Assembly: GCA_963665315.1 (NCBI GenBank)
Contig: OY762274.1
Span: 3,162,133 to 3,226,132, forward strand
DNA from: Pseudomonadales bacterium
Lineage (GTDB): Bacteria; Pseudomonadota; Gammaproteobacteria; Pseudomonadales; Pseudohongiellaceae
Length of the DNA: 64,000 bases
Reading direction: 5' to 3'
Below, piece after piece: positions 27,501 to 35,208 of the stretch. A program made the translations under genes and the position numbers. A model generated the notes under the pieces. That model did no database searches. It was not told the origin of the DNA and saw only the letters and a program-made list of their open reading frames with translations. Each line of letters starts with the position of its first letter. The stretch's first letter is position 1.

Positions 27501-29445
27501 CGTCGTCGTCGGCGACTTCCACCGAGGCTTCGGCGTTCCGGCCGTGGGGCAAATAGCCCGTCCCCGCCTCCACCGTCGCCGTCACGCTGCCGAAGGGCTC
27601 GTCCGTATCGTCGTCGACGGTGCCGACCCTGAAGGTCGCCGTGCCGGTCGTTCCCACGCTCACCCTCCGCGGTCCGGTCTCGCCGATAGACGCGAAATCG
27701 CCGCTCTGGGTCACGCCGACGTTGACCGCTATGGCCGCGGCAGGGGCCGGGCTCGCCGTCAGCGTAAAAGTCGCGTCCCCGCCTTCCGTCACCGCCGCGC
27801 CGCCCGACACGCTCACCGTCGGCAACTCGTGGATCGTCATCGTGGCCGCGGCGGGGTTTCCGAGGTCGTATTCGGCGCCGTCGACCGCGGTCACCACGAC
27901 GGTCTCGCCGTCGTCGGCCACATCGTCGTCGTACACGGCGATCGGGAACGCCACGGGGGAGGACGCTTCGGTCCCGGCCGGCAGCGTGAAGGCGCCGCCG
28001 GCCTCGCCGCAGCCCCCGGCGATGGTGTAGTCCACCCGGCAGGTCGCCGTGCCGCCGACGGTGTAGCGGACGGTCAGGGCCGATCCCAGATCCCGGGTGA
28101 CCTCCAGCGCCAGGAAGCCGTACAGCGAATCGTCCCCGCCGGTCCGCTCCGGGCGGGTGGCGTTACCCTCCCAGGACACACTGGGCGTATCGTTGTCGGC
28201 CACCGCCACCGAAGCCGAGGACGGGTTGCCGACGGTGTAGGCGTGGCCGGCGTCGGGCGCCACCGTCGCGGTGAGGTCGCCGCCCGCCTCGTACGCGCTG
28301 TCGTTCACGGTGGCCACGGTGAAGACCTTCGTGCCGGAGGCCGGAATCTCCACCGTCCGCGCCCCTTCGTCGCCCGCGGCCACGAAATCCCCATTGGCCG
28401 CCGCCGCATCCGCCACCCGCACGTTGACCGTCAGCGCCGAAGCCGGGGTGGCGGTCAGGGTAAAGCTCGCCGCCGCGCCTTCGACGATCCCGCCCGCCGC
28501 GGTCGGGGCGATCGTCACCTTCGGCGGCGGATCGTCGTTGTCCGACACCAGCACCGCTTTCGTCCCCGCCCCGGGGTTCGCGGGGGTGTCGGGAAGCGTG
28601 TAGCCCGTACCGGACTGCAGACTCACGATCACGCTGTTGGCTTCTTCGTCCCGGTCGTCGTCCACCGTGGGAACCGCGAGCGCGGCGCTGGCCTGGCCCG
28701 CCGGGATCGTGACGGTCTTGTCGCCCAGGTCGTCCGCGTCGACGAACGCGCCGGAAGCCGGCTGGCGCACGCGCACCTTCACGGGAAGGGCAAGGTGCGG
28801 CGCCGGGTTCGCCGAGACGGTAAAGGTCGCGGGGCTGCCTTCCTCCACGCTGCCGCCGGCGGAAATCGTCACGGCGCTGATCTCCATGATGGTGACCTGG
28901 ACCTGGTCGCCGGGGGGCGGGAAACCGATTCCGGCGGGGGGAATGGAGAGGACCGCGCTGAAGTTCTCGTGCCCCTCGGCGGTTGTGTCCGAGTGGATCG
29001 TGACGTCCAGCGTGGCGCGGGTGCTTCCGGCCGGAATCGTGAGGCTGTACGGCCCCCCCGCGTAGTCGTTGTTCTCGGTCGCGCTGAGGGAAACCGTTAT
29101 GATCTGAAGAGTCGTCGCCACCTCGCGGGCGGCCGACAGCACCACCGGCAGGCTCACCTTGCCCGCGTCCTCCCAGACGGCGACGGCGGTCGAGGTGAAG
29201 CGCGCGGTGACGTCCGGCGTCTGGGCGAGGGCCGCCGGCGCGAGCATGCCCTGCAGCAGAAAGGCGAGCAGGAGCGCCGCCGCGGAACGGCGGAGGAGGC
29301 GGCCCGCCGTGGCCGGACCCGGGGACGCGTCAAGAACGCGCTGCGCGGATGCGGGATCGAAGCTGCCGGGGGAGGGGGAGTGGGCAGGAGAATCAGGCGG
29401 GGAGGTCGGGCGCCAGGGGCGGGGCGGCCATGAAAACGCGCTCAT
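24550..29445 (-). CDS. Giant surface/extracellular protein with multiple Calx-beta domains, a dystroglycan-type cadherin-like domain, a (Pro-x-Asp)n linker and a repeated Cys-containing C-terminal module
   Basis: The frame is open from 29685 to 24550. Calx-beta-like units recur (for example ATENNDYAGGPYSLTIPAGSTRATLDVTI and GTATRGVDYTF). One cadherin-like unit reads DADGDALSYAASLSDGSALPSWLDF...FSGTP. The signal-like segment RLLRRSAAALLLAFLLQGMLAPAALAQ begins about 50 aa after ATG 29445. The start is uncertain (ATG 29445, or TTG 29685 through the repeat tract). Confidence 0.85.
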   Translation of the reverse strand: MSAFSWPPRPWRPTSPPDSPAHSPSPGSFDPASAQRVLDASPGPATAGRLLRRSAAALLLAFLLQGMLAPAALAQTPDVTARFTSTAVAVWEDAGKVSLPVVLSAAREVATTLQIITVSLSATENNDYAGGPYSLTIPAGSTRATLDVTIHSDTTAEGHENFSAVLSIPPAGIGFPPPGDQVQVTIMEISAVTISAGGSVEEGSPATFTVSANPAPHLALPVKVRVRQPASGAFVDADDLGDKTVTIPAGQASAALAVPTVDDDRDEEANSVIVSLQSGTGYTLPDTPANPGAGTKAVLVSDNDDPPPKVTIAPTAAGGIVEGAAASFTLTATPASALTVNVRVADAAAANGDFVAAGDEGARTVEIPASGTKVFTVATVNDSAYEAGGDLTATVAPDAGHAYTVGNPSSASVAVADNDTPSVSWEGNATRPERTGGDDSLYGFLALEVTRDLGSALTVRYTVGGTATCRVDYTIAGGCGEAGGAFTLPAGTEASSPVAFPIAVYDDDVADDGETVVVTAVDGAEYDLGNPAAATMTIHELPTVSVSGGAAVTEGGDATFTLTASPAPAAAIAVNVGVTQSGDFASIGETGPRRVSVGTTGTATFRVGTVDDDTDEPFGSVTATVEAGTGYLPHGRNAEASVEVADDDGTNAAPTVANAIPNRAATAGEPFSYAFPANAFADADGDALSYAASLSDGSALPSWLDFAAAARRFSGTPAAGDIGSVTVRVTASDGNGGGVSDDFVIDVGAAGAGTARINISPIGTITPNTVVEGVRVSLGLSLSAPLSDHGAVASYTVSVGGTATRGVDYTFECGPAPGVTCSNLDSANPTFTVVIGDQNSRVVQSVVFLRATADSVADNGETVILSLDGTSSTLTIADPPTSVEVSWAVAARDVLEYAREVSHIHIVRLSAAYPEDIVVPLTFADRTATGGTDYTPSASITIPAGKNFVSGEGEPYTLIRDTLREGSETFDMTLDWANATPAGLVAAGSRLTQRVTILDPPLVSFAAAASTVGEGDGTHAVGLVFAPATVGAVTVIVAAEGGAERGEDYDINVFTDTGKLGVKVPHNRVAHNLNVDIVDDNLAEGAETVVLTLVSENVLYQIDEDAIRTHTVTIVDDDPPRPPPGPEPVDPVDPVDPVDPADPVDPVDPVDPVDPVDPTDPVDPADPIDPTEPDPEPAMSPAAREHLFPLFADGDGFRGRLFLTDVSAADNRCALTLAGAGLDAARFEAHAALTAAEDGAVVDFGAAGPDVALATTGAEGLAVGYAKLSCERPTLARMLLVLEDGGVPMALTDLESTQGVREFRFPVLPRVGRLGLVFANDNALDASCAVELTTASGARAGGNLAVPARSAAVRFLDELAPMPDDAEDGSVSVTCDRAVAPLGVALHGGDFAALAAFVPAPAPAAPEDGEDGDDPRTHRVLPLVRDGGGFRSHLAVANLSDTANSCKLRLHMPGAPTARFALPGGAATEGFDTIALTLAGGGQAVLSSRDRNLPAFGHAVLDCEAPADLRNLLTARADDGSAGVAAVSPATPTKEIRFPVAPGLARLALALANAGEADAFCEVALTLPGREEAAGPSIRVAGASTAIRFLADLFGPPDDFEGGAVTLRCDREIAAVALPAAAGAAFTAQAP
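25936..26063. repeat. 9-bp in-frame tandem repeat encoding a (V/T/A/I)-D-P linker
   Basis: About 14 units of CCGG(A/G)TC(G/C/T)AC-like 9-mers on the + strand. They translate on the - strand as PVDPVDPVDPVDPADPVDPVDPVDPVDPVDPTDPVDPADPIDP. Confidence 0.9.
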
Positions 29446-29466
29446 GGCCGACGCGCGCGCACGAGC

Positions 29467-29682
29467 CCTGCGGTCCTGCGGTCCTGCGGTCCTGCGGTCC
29501 TGCGGTCCTGCGGTCCTGCGGTCCTGCGGTCCTGCGGTCCTGCGATCCTGCGATCCTGCGGTCCTGCGGTCCTGCGGTCCTGCGGTCCTGCGGTCCTGCG
29601 GTCCTGCGGTCCTGCGGTCCTGCGGTCCTGCGGTCCTGCGGTCCTGCGGTCCTGCGGTCCTGCGGTCCTGCGGTCCTGCGGT
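29467..29682. repeat. 8-bp microsatellite (CCTGCGGT)27, i.e. (ACCGCAGG)n on the coding strand
   Basis: 27 head-to-tail units counted, 25 perfect and 2 with G>A (29539-29554). The tract ends 21 nt upstream of ATG 29445 of the giant surface protein. All reading frames are open through the tract. Confidence 0.97.
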
Positions 29683-30083
29683 CAATCACACGATCGGATT
29701 CCCTCGCGGTTCCCGTCAAGCCCAACATCGAACCGATCCCGAAAAAATCCCGCGACCCGCGGTCCAAAATCCTCATGCGATCTCCCCCCGTCCAAATCCA
29801 TAATCGCCGGCCGCGAAGCGACCGCCGCCGGCCCGAATCCGGGCAGCCCGACGAAATTTGGACGGAATCTACAACATCTCTTCCCGCAAGACAATCGAAA
29901 ATTCGCCCCGCTTGACCGAGCTGGCCCGAGGCTCCGTTCACCATCGCTTTCTTATTGGAAAACGCTTTGCGGCCGGTTCAGGCCTTTTCGAGCGGAAGCG
30001 AACCATGTGTCGCCCGACAATGTAATCGGAATGCGATTCTGCTAATTTCGGGAGGAACTCCGGAGAGGCGGTACATATTCCTG

Positions 30084-31352
30084 ATGGCTGATCACCCGAT
30101 GGACCCGGGACGGCGGCGGTTCTTGCGCCAGGCAGGACAGTTCGCGGCTATTGCGGCCGCGGCCGGCGCCGGGGCGCCGGTGTTCTCGCAGTCCGGCGAG
30201 CTTCGCATTCGCGAGGTACGCGCTTACCCCATCTATATCAACCAACGCTCCGACGGATTGCTCGACGCCCCGAGCTTCGACGGCGACGACGACCCGCGTC
30301 GCTGGCGATTCGGCGGACCGTTCGAGCAATTGCCTTCGGCGATTATCGCCATCATCAAGACGGATCAGGGCATAACCGGATTCGGCATGGGCGCCGGAGG
30401 CAGCGCGGCCTGCGAAATCATCGACGGGCACCTCTCGCATCTGTTGCTCGACGCCAATCCGCTAAATGTCGAACAGCTATGGGACCAGATGTACACCTCA
30501 GGCGTTTTCTACGGCCGGCGCGGCTTATTCGTCATGGCGCTGAGCGCGCTCGACAATGCGCTCTGGGATATTCTCGGCATCTATCGCGGCATGCCCGTTC
30601 ATGAATTGCTCGGTGGGGCGGACCGGGAACGAATCGAGATTTATCAGACCAATGGTGACTTTCTTGCCGGGCAGGCCGCCGGAGTGCGCAACTTCAAGCG
30701 CACCACCGCCGGTGGACCGCGCATGCCCGCGGCCGCACGCGCGCGTTATATCGAGTCCGTGCTGGAAGCTCGCGCGGCATTGGGTCCCGATGTGCGGCTG
30801 ATGACCGATTGCGTGTCCCGCGACGGCACGGTCGAGTGGGCATTGGCGCTGGCGGAGGAGTTGCGCCCCGCGAATCTGTATTTCATGGAGGAGTTGCTGT
30901 CGCCGGACGATGTCTTCGGTTATGCGAGACTGGTCGAGACGATCGGCGGCCGCGGCGAAGGCTGGACCCGGATCGCCTGCGGCGAGCACGAATACACCGA
31001 GCATGGCTTCAATGTCTTGCTGAATCTGGGTTCGGCGGATATTCTGCAACCGGATATTACCTGGTGCGGCGGCACTACCGCGGGCCGCCGCATCGCCGCA
31101 CTCGTAGAGGCGGCCGGGAAGGAGATCATCCCGCATCGGGGAGGCTCGGTCTGGGGATTCCCGATTGCACTGACTTCACCGAGTTGCAGCATGGCCGAGA
31201 GCTTTCCGGAAGGCTCGGATATACTTGACGCGATGTCCTGCGAAGTGGATAACGGCTATGTGCTGGCGCCGGGCGAGCCCGGCTTCGGCCACAGCCTCAG
31301 CGAACAAATGGTGCTGGATTTTCGATTGAACAGCCGGTTGACGCCGGCTTGA
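30084..31352 (+). CDS. Enolase-superfamily enzyme (mandelate racemase / muconate lactonizing family) with a Tat-type signal
   Basis: MADHPMDPGRRRFLRQAGQFAAIAAAAGAGAPVFSQ twin-arginine leader, then MR/MLE N- and C-terminal domain blocks (ALSALDNALWDILG; FMEELLSPDD; CGEHEYT). A GGAGAGG RBS precedes ATG 30084. Confidence 0.8.
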   Translation: MADHPMDPGRRRFLRQAGQFAAIAAAAGAGAPVFSQSGELRIREVRAYPIYINQRSDGLLDAPSFDGDDDPRRWRFGGPFEQLPSAIIAIIKTDQGITGFGMGAGGSAACEIIDGHLSHLLLDANPLNVEQLWDQMYTSGVFYGRRGLFVMALSALDNALWDILGIYRGMPVHELLGGADRERIEIYQTNGDFLAGQAAGVRNFKRTTAGGPRMPAAARARYIESVLEARAALGPDVRLMTDCVSRDGTVEWALALAEELRPANLYFMEELLSPDDVFGYARLVETIGGRGEGWTRIACGEHEYTEHGFNVLLNLGSADILQPDITWCGGTTAGRRIAALVEAAGKEIIPHRGGSVWGFPIALTSPSCSMAESFPEGSDILDAMSCEVDNGYVLAPGEPGFGHSLSEQMVLDFRLNSRLTPA

Positions 31353-31375
31353 CACAAATTGAGGAGACCGCAGTA

Positions 31376-31897
31376 ATGGCAAACACCGCAACTATCGCCA
31401 AACGCACGGGTCTGGGCATTCTGGTTCTGGCCTTGCTCGCCCTGCTTTTCTGGACAACGGCATATCCCCGCGACCGGGCGCCCGGCTTTTACCTGTTCGG
31501 CAGCGCCGGGGACGAGTCGGTCGAGGATTGGACTTTCGCCAACGAAGTGCCGCTTTGCACCTTGCAGATCTACGCCGGCGGCTGGCGGCCCCATGCCATC
31601 AACCTGAACTGCATGGCGACCCCCGCGGGGGATTTGTATCTCAGTTGTTCGGTCTGCGATCGCAAGTACTGGGCCAGCCAGGTGGGCACGGACTCGCCGG
31701 GACGGCTGCGTTTGAACGGAGTCGTGTTCCCCGTGAAACTGAATCGGGAAACGGCTCCGGCTTTGATGGACCAGTCCTGGACCGCCCGGATCACCAAATT
31801 GCAGAATTTCCGCGACGACCCCTACAATCCGACACCGGATGTCGATGCGGTGCGACCGGACCACTGGTGGACCTTCCACGTCGAATCGCGCACCTAG
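31376..31897 (+). CDS. Membrane-anchored hypothetical protein
   Basis: 173 aa with one N-terminal TM helix (GLGILVLALLALLFW). A GAGGAG RBS lies 10 nt before ATG 31376. No family recognised. Confidence 0.6.
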   Translation: MANTATIAKRTGLGILVLALLALLFWTTAYPRDRAPGFYLFGSAGDESVEDWTFANEVPLCTLQIYAGGWRPHAINLNCMATPAGDLYLSCSVCDRKYWASQVGTDSPGRLRLNGVVFPVKLNRETAPALMDQSWTARITKLQNFRDDPYNPTPDVDAVRPDHWWTFHVESRT

Positions 31898-31915
31898 ACA
31901 AGAGGAGAATCAAAC

Positions 31916-32860
31916 ATGTCACGCATATCGCAAAAGCTGATTATCGTCGGCGCCCTGCTCGCGGCAGGCGGCGCCTCCCAGGCCCAGAACAGTTGGGTCG
32001 ACCTGGCGGTGCATAATTTCGGCGCTCCCATCAACACCATGTGGGCGGAAGGCGAACTGACCTTTGCCGACGACGGCACCATGGTCTATTGCAGCGCGCG
32101 GCAGGACATGGCCGTGGCGCCGGGTGACCCGAAAGATCTCTATATCGCAACTTTCGACCAGGAATCAGGCACCTGGAACACTCCGGTGAACATGGGCATT
32201 CCGGTCAATGCGGCGCCCGCCACCGATGTCGACCCCTTGCGCAAGGGCGACGACCGCGAACCCTGGATCACCGCCGACGGCAACACCATCTATTTCAAGT
32301 CGGACCGGCTGGCGACGACAAGCCCGCAAAACAACAACGACGTGTTCGTGACCCGCAAGGTGAACGGTCAATGGACCGAACCCGAACTCGTCGGGTATCC
32401 GATCAGCACCGACGAAGGCGACGAACATTGCCCGGCGATCTTGCAGGACGGCGAAACGCTGTGCTTCGCTTCAAGGCGGGCCGGCGGATTCGGCGGCTCC
32501 GACATCTATTGTTCGCGCCAGGACGCGGCCGGCAACTGGATGGAGCCGGTCAACCAGGGTCCGAACATCAATACCGAAGGCGAGGAATTCCACTTCAGCC
32601 AGGCCGAAGACGGTACGGTCTATTTCACTTCCAGCCGGCCGGGCGGATACGGCGGCATGGACATCTGGGGCGCGGCGGCGGCAGGCACAGACAGTTGGGG
32701 GCCGGCTTTCAATCTCGGTCCGCAAGTCAATACCGCGGGCGCGGACATGTGTCCGGCGTTTCCGCCCGGGCAGGACTCCATTACCTGGTTTTCGACGCGC
32801 TCCGACAACAGCCTGGGAAATATCGATATTTTCTGGACCAGCAAAGTAAACGTGGATTGA
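31916..32860 (+). CDS. Secreted PD40/TolB-like beta-propeller repeat protein
   Basis: Signal peptide followed by repeated PD40-type blocks (WITADGNTIYFKSDR; LCFASRRAGGFGGSDIYCS; VYFTSSRPGGYGGMDIW). An AGGAGA RBS is upstream. Confidence 0.75.
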   Translation: MSRISQKLIIVGALLAAGGASQAQNSWVDLAVHNFGAPINTMWAEGELTFADDGTMVYCSARQDMAVAPGDPKDLYIATFDQESGTWNTPVNMGIPVNAAPATDVDPLRKGDDREPWITADGNTIYFKSDRLATTSPQNNNDVFVTRKVNGQWTEPELVGYPISTDEGDEHCPAILQDGETLCFASRRAGGFGGSDIYCSRQDAAGNWMEPVNQGPNINTEGEEFHFSQAEDGTVYFTSSRPGGYGGMDIWGAAAAGTDSWGPAFNLGPQVNTAGADMCPAFPPGQDSITWFSTRSDNSLGNIDIFWTSKVNVD

Positions 32861-32965
32861 CGGCCCGCATCCGGGCATGCCTCGCCCCTGCATGCTATTC
32901 TTTGGCTCGTCGGCAAGAGAACCGCAGCAGGAAAAATAGCGGCAGTCCAAGTACGGGATGACAAA

Positions 32966-34114
32966 TTGACCTCTGACACTTCCACAACCGCCAGTTCCGC
33001 CGCGGCGCCGGTTCTCGTTACCGGCGCCGCCGGGCACGTGGGCGCCAATCTCGTGCGCCGGCTGCTCGACGACGGCGTCCGGGTTCGGGTGCTGTTGCGG
33101 CAGGAAGACAATAATCAGGCGCTCGAAGGCCTCGACGTCGAGCGCGTCTGGGCGGATATCCGCTATCTCGACGCCACCCGGCGCGCGCTTGAGGGCTGCC
33201 GGGGGGTGTATCACGTCGCCGCCAAAGTTTCGACGATCGACGGCAATAACGCCCATCGCCGGGAAATTTACGAATGCAACGTGGTCGGCACCCGCAACGT
33301 GCTGCAGGCCGCGCGCGAGACCGAAGCCGGTCGTGTCGTGGTCACCGGTTCCTTCAGTGCGGTGGGGCACGACCTCGACGATCCGTCGGCGCCGAGCGAC
33401 GAAACGATGCAGTTCTATCCCATGGAACGCACGATGCCCTACGAGCGCAGCAAGATTCTTACCGAACATGAGTGCCTGCGCGCCGTTGCGATGGGTCAGG
33501 ATGTTATTGTCGCGACCTGCTGCGCGGTCGTGGGCGGGGCCGATTACCTGCCCTCCCGTCTCGGCAGAACCATGTGCGACTACACCGACGGCAAGCTGCG
33601 CGCCTATGTCGACGGCGGCTTCGAGTTCGTCGCCGCGCGGGATATCGTCGAAGGCCATGTGCTCTGCATGGAGAAAGGGCGTACAGGCGAGAAATACATT
33701 TTCAGTTCCGAATACAAGACCATTTCCGACATCGTCGACCTGTACGAGGAGGTCTCGGGAGTTCCCCGCCCGAATCGGCGGATTCCGGCCAACCTGATGT
33801 ATCCGTTTTCGGAAGTTGCGAGCTTTTACCTCAGCCGCTTTCATCCGGACTTTCCGCAACGATTCACGCCCGGGGCCATCCGCCTGTTGAAAAAACGCCG
33901 GCATGCGAATCTTGCCAAAGCGAAAAACGAACTCGGCTACCGGCCTACGACCATCCGCGCCGCCGTGCACCAGGCGTACGCGTTTCACTATCACGAGCGC
34001 AAGGCGATCGCCAATCCGAACGCAAAACCGCCATGTGAAGAATCGGCAAGCCGGATCGAAAACCCGGTGCGCGAGCAGGATATTCAAGTTACCGCGGGGG
34101 AAAGTTCAGCATGA
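32966..34114 (+). CDS. NAD(P)-dependent SDR (3-beta-HSD / dihydroflavonol-reductase-like); candidate SdmB-like sterol C-4 demethylation reductase
   Basis: VLVTGAAGHVGANLVRRL Rossmann motif and an extended-SDR YxxxK context (PYERSKILTE). TTG start. The stop overlaps the Rieske gene ATG (ATGA at 34111-34114). The functional call comes from the operon context with sterol genes. Confidence 0.7.
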   Translation: MTSDTSTTASSAAAPVLVTGAAGHVGANLVRRLLDDGVRVRVLLRQEDNNQALEGLDVERVWADIRYLDATRRALEGCRGVYHVAAKVSTIDGNNAHRREIYECNVVGTRNVLQAARETEAGRVVVTGSFSAVGHDLDDPSAPSDETMQFYPMERTMPYERSKILTEHECLRAVAMGQDVIVATCCAVVGGADYLPSRLGRTMCDYTDGKLRAYVDGGFEFVAARDIVEGHVLCMEKGRTGEKYIFSSEYKTISDIVDLYEEVSGVPRPNRRIPANLMYPFSEVASFYLSRFHPDFPQRFTPGAIRLLKKRRHANLAKAKNELGYRPTTIRAAVHQAYAFHYHERKAIANPNAKPPCEESASRIENPVREQDIQVTAGESSA

Positions 34115-35208
34115 ATCAGGCAGTGAGCCCACCTCCAGGCTTCAATGAGGCTTCGGGATTGCGCCAGAAATCCCGGGCCGCCGGCATGGACCCGGATTAC
34201 TGGTACGCGGTGGAAGAAGTGCGCAACGTGAAACCGGGCTCGGTCGTCGAGGCAGTTTTCTGGAAACGCTCGATTGCGCTGTACCGGACGGCCGACGGCG
34301 AATTTCACGCGGTCGAGAATCGCTGCGCCCATCGCCAGCTCAAGCTTTCGCTCGGGCAAGTGGAAGGCTGCCGCCTGGTCTGCGGCTATCATGGCTGGGA
34401 ATATGACGAACAGGGCCGTGTCGTCGGCATCCCCGACCTGTTCGGCCGCAAGGAATTGCCCGAAATCTCGATCAGGCGCTACCCGGTACAGGTCCGCTAC
34501 GGCCTGGTCTGGTTGTTCCCGGGCAATCCCGAACTCGCGGAACAGCGCCGGATTCCCGATATTCCGGAGATCGAGGGGCCCGACCGCTGGGCATGCGTGC
34601 CGATCACATTTACCTGTACGGCCCACCATTCGATGATAATCGACAATGTCAGTGACTTTTCCCACGCGTTCCTGCACCGCAAATACCGCCCCTTCGACGG
34701 CGCCACGCTGACCCAGTGTGAAACCAGGGGTGACGATGTGCATCTCGCCTACGACACGAAGGTCGGACGCGGGCCCATCTCCGGATTGTTCGTCGATCAC
34801 GGACGGCTGAACACCAACCACATCGAACTTTGCTACCAGTATCCGTACCAATGGTCGAACACCGACGACGAAATCAAACATTGGCTGTTCGTGCTGCCCA
34901 TCGACGAACGCACTACCCGGACGTTTTTCCTGTTTTATTTCAAGTCGCTGAAATTTCCGTTGCTGCCGGTGCGCTTCCCGCGATTCGCCATGACCGCGGT
35001 AATGAAAGTATCGAATCGTCTGCTGATCGGCCCCCTGCTCGATGAGGACCGGGTCGCCGTGGAGGCGGAGCAACTCGGGTATGAGCAGCACTGGGACGCG
35101 CCCTCCATCGAGGTGAATCCGGTAGTGAGCGCCTTCCAGCGAGTGACCGTGCGCAAGTGGCAGGAATACCTGGCGCGGGAAGCGGAGTCCGGCAATGCCG
35201 CCGCCTGA
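34111..35208 (+). CDS. Rieske [2Fe-2S] non-haem-iron oxygenase; candidate SdmA-like sterol C-4 methyl oxidase
   Basis: Rieske motif CAHRQLKLSLG...CGYHGWEYD (CxH-N17-CxxH), followed by a catalytic domain with the DNVSDFSHAFLH mononuclear iron block. The gene is translationally coupled on both sides. Confidence 0.75.
   Translation: MNQAVSPPPGFNEASGLRQKSRAAGMDPDYWYAVEEVRNVKPGSVVEAVFWKRSIALYRTADGEFHAVENRCAHRQLKLSLGQVEGCRLVCGYHGWEYDEQGRVVGIPDLFGRKELPEISIRRYPVQVRYGLVWLFPGNPELAEQRRIPDIPEIEGPDRWACVPITFTCTAHHSMIIDNVSDFSHAFLHRKYRPFDGATLTQCETRGDDVHLAYDTKVGRGPISGLFVDHGRLNTNHIELCYQYPYQWSNTDDEIKHWLFVLPIDERTTRTFFLFYFKSLKFPLLPVRFPRFAMTAVMKVSNRLLIGPLLDEDRVAVEAEQLGYEQHWDAPSIEVNPVVSAFQRVTVRKWQEYLAREAESGNAAA

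Noticed and set aside
24409-29433. 991-aa and 629-aa + strand ORFs (24409-27384 and 27544-29433)
   Set aside because: They are antisense shadows of the giant Calx-beta protein gene. The composition is dominated by R/G/A/P runs with no domain signatures.
29467-29682. Possibility that the 8-bp and 9-bp tandem repeats (29467-29682 and 25936-26063) are CRISPR arrays
   Set aside because: The units are contiguous with no spacers, are far shorter than CRISPR repeats, and no cas genes are present.
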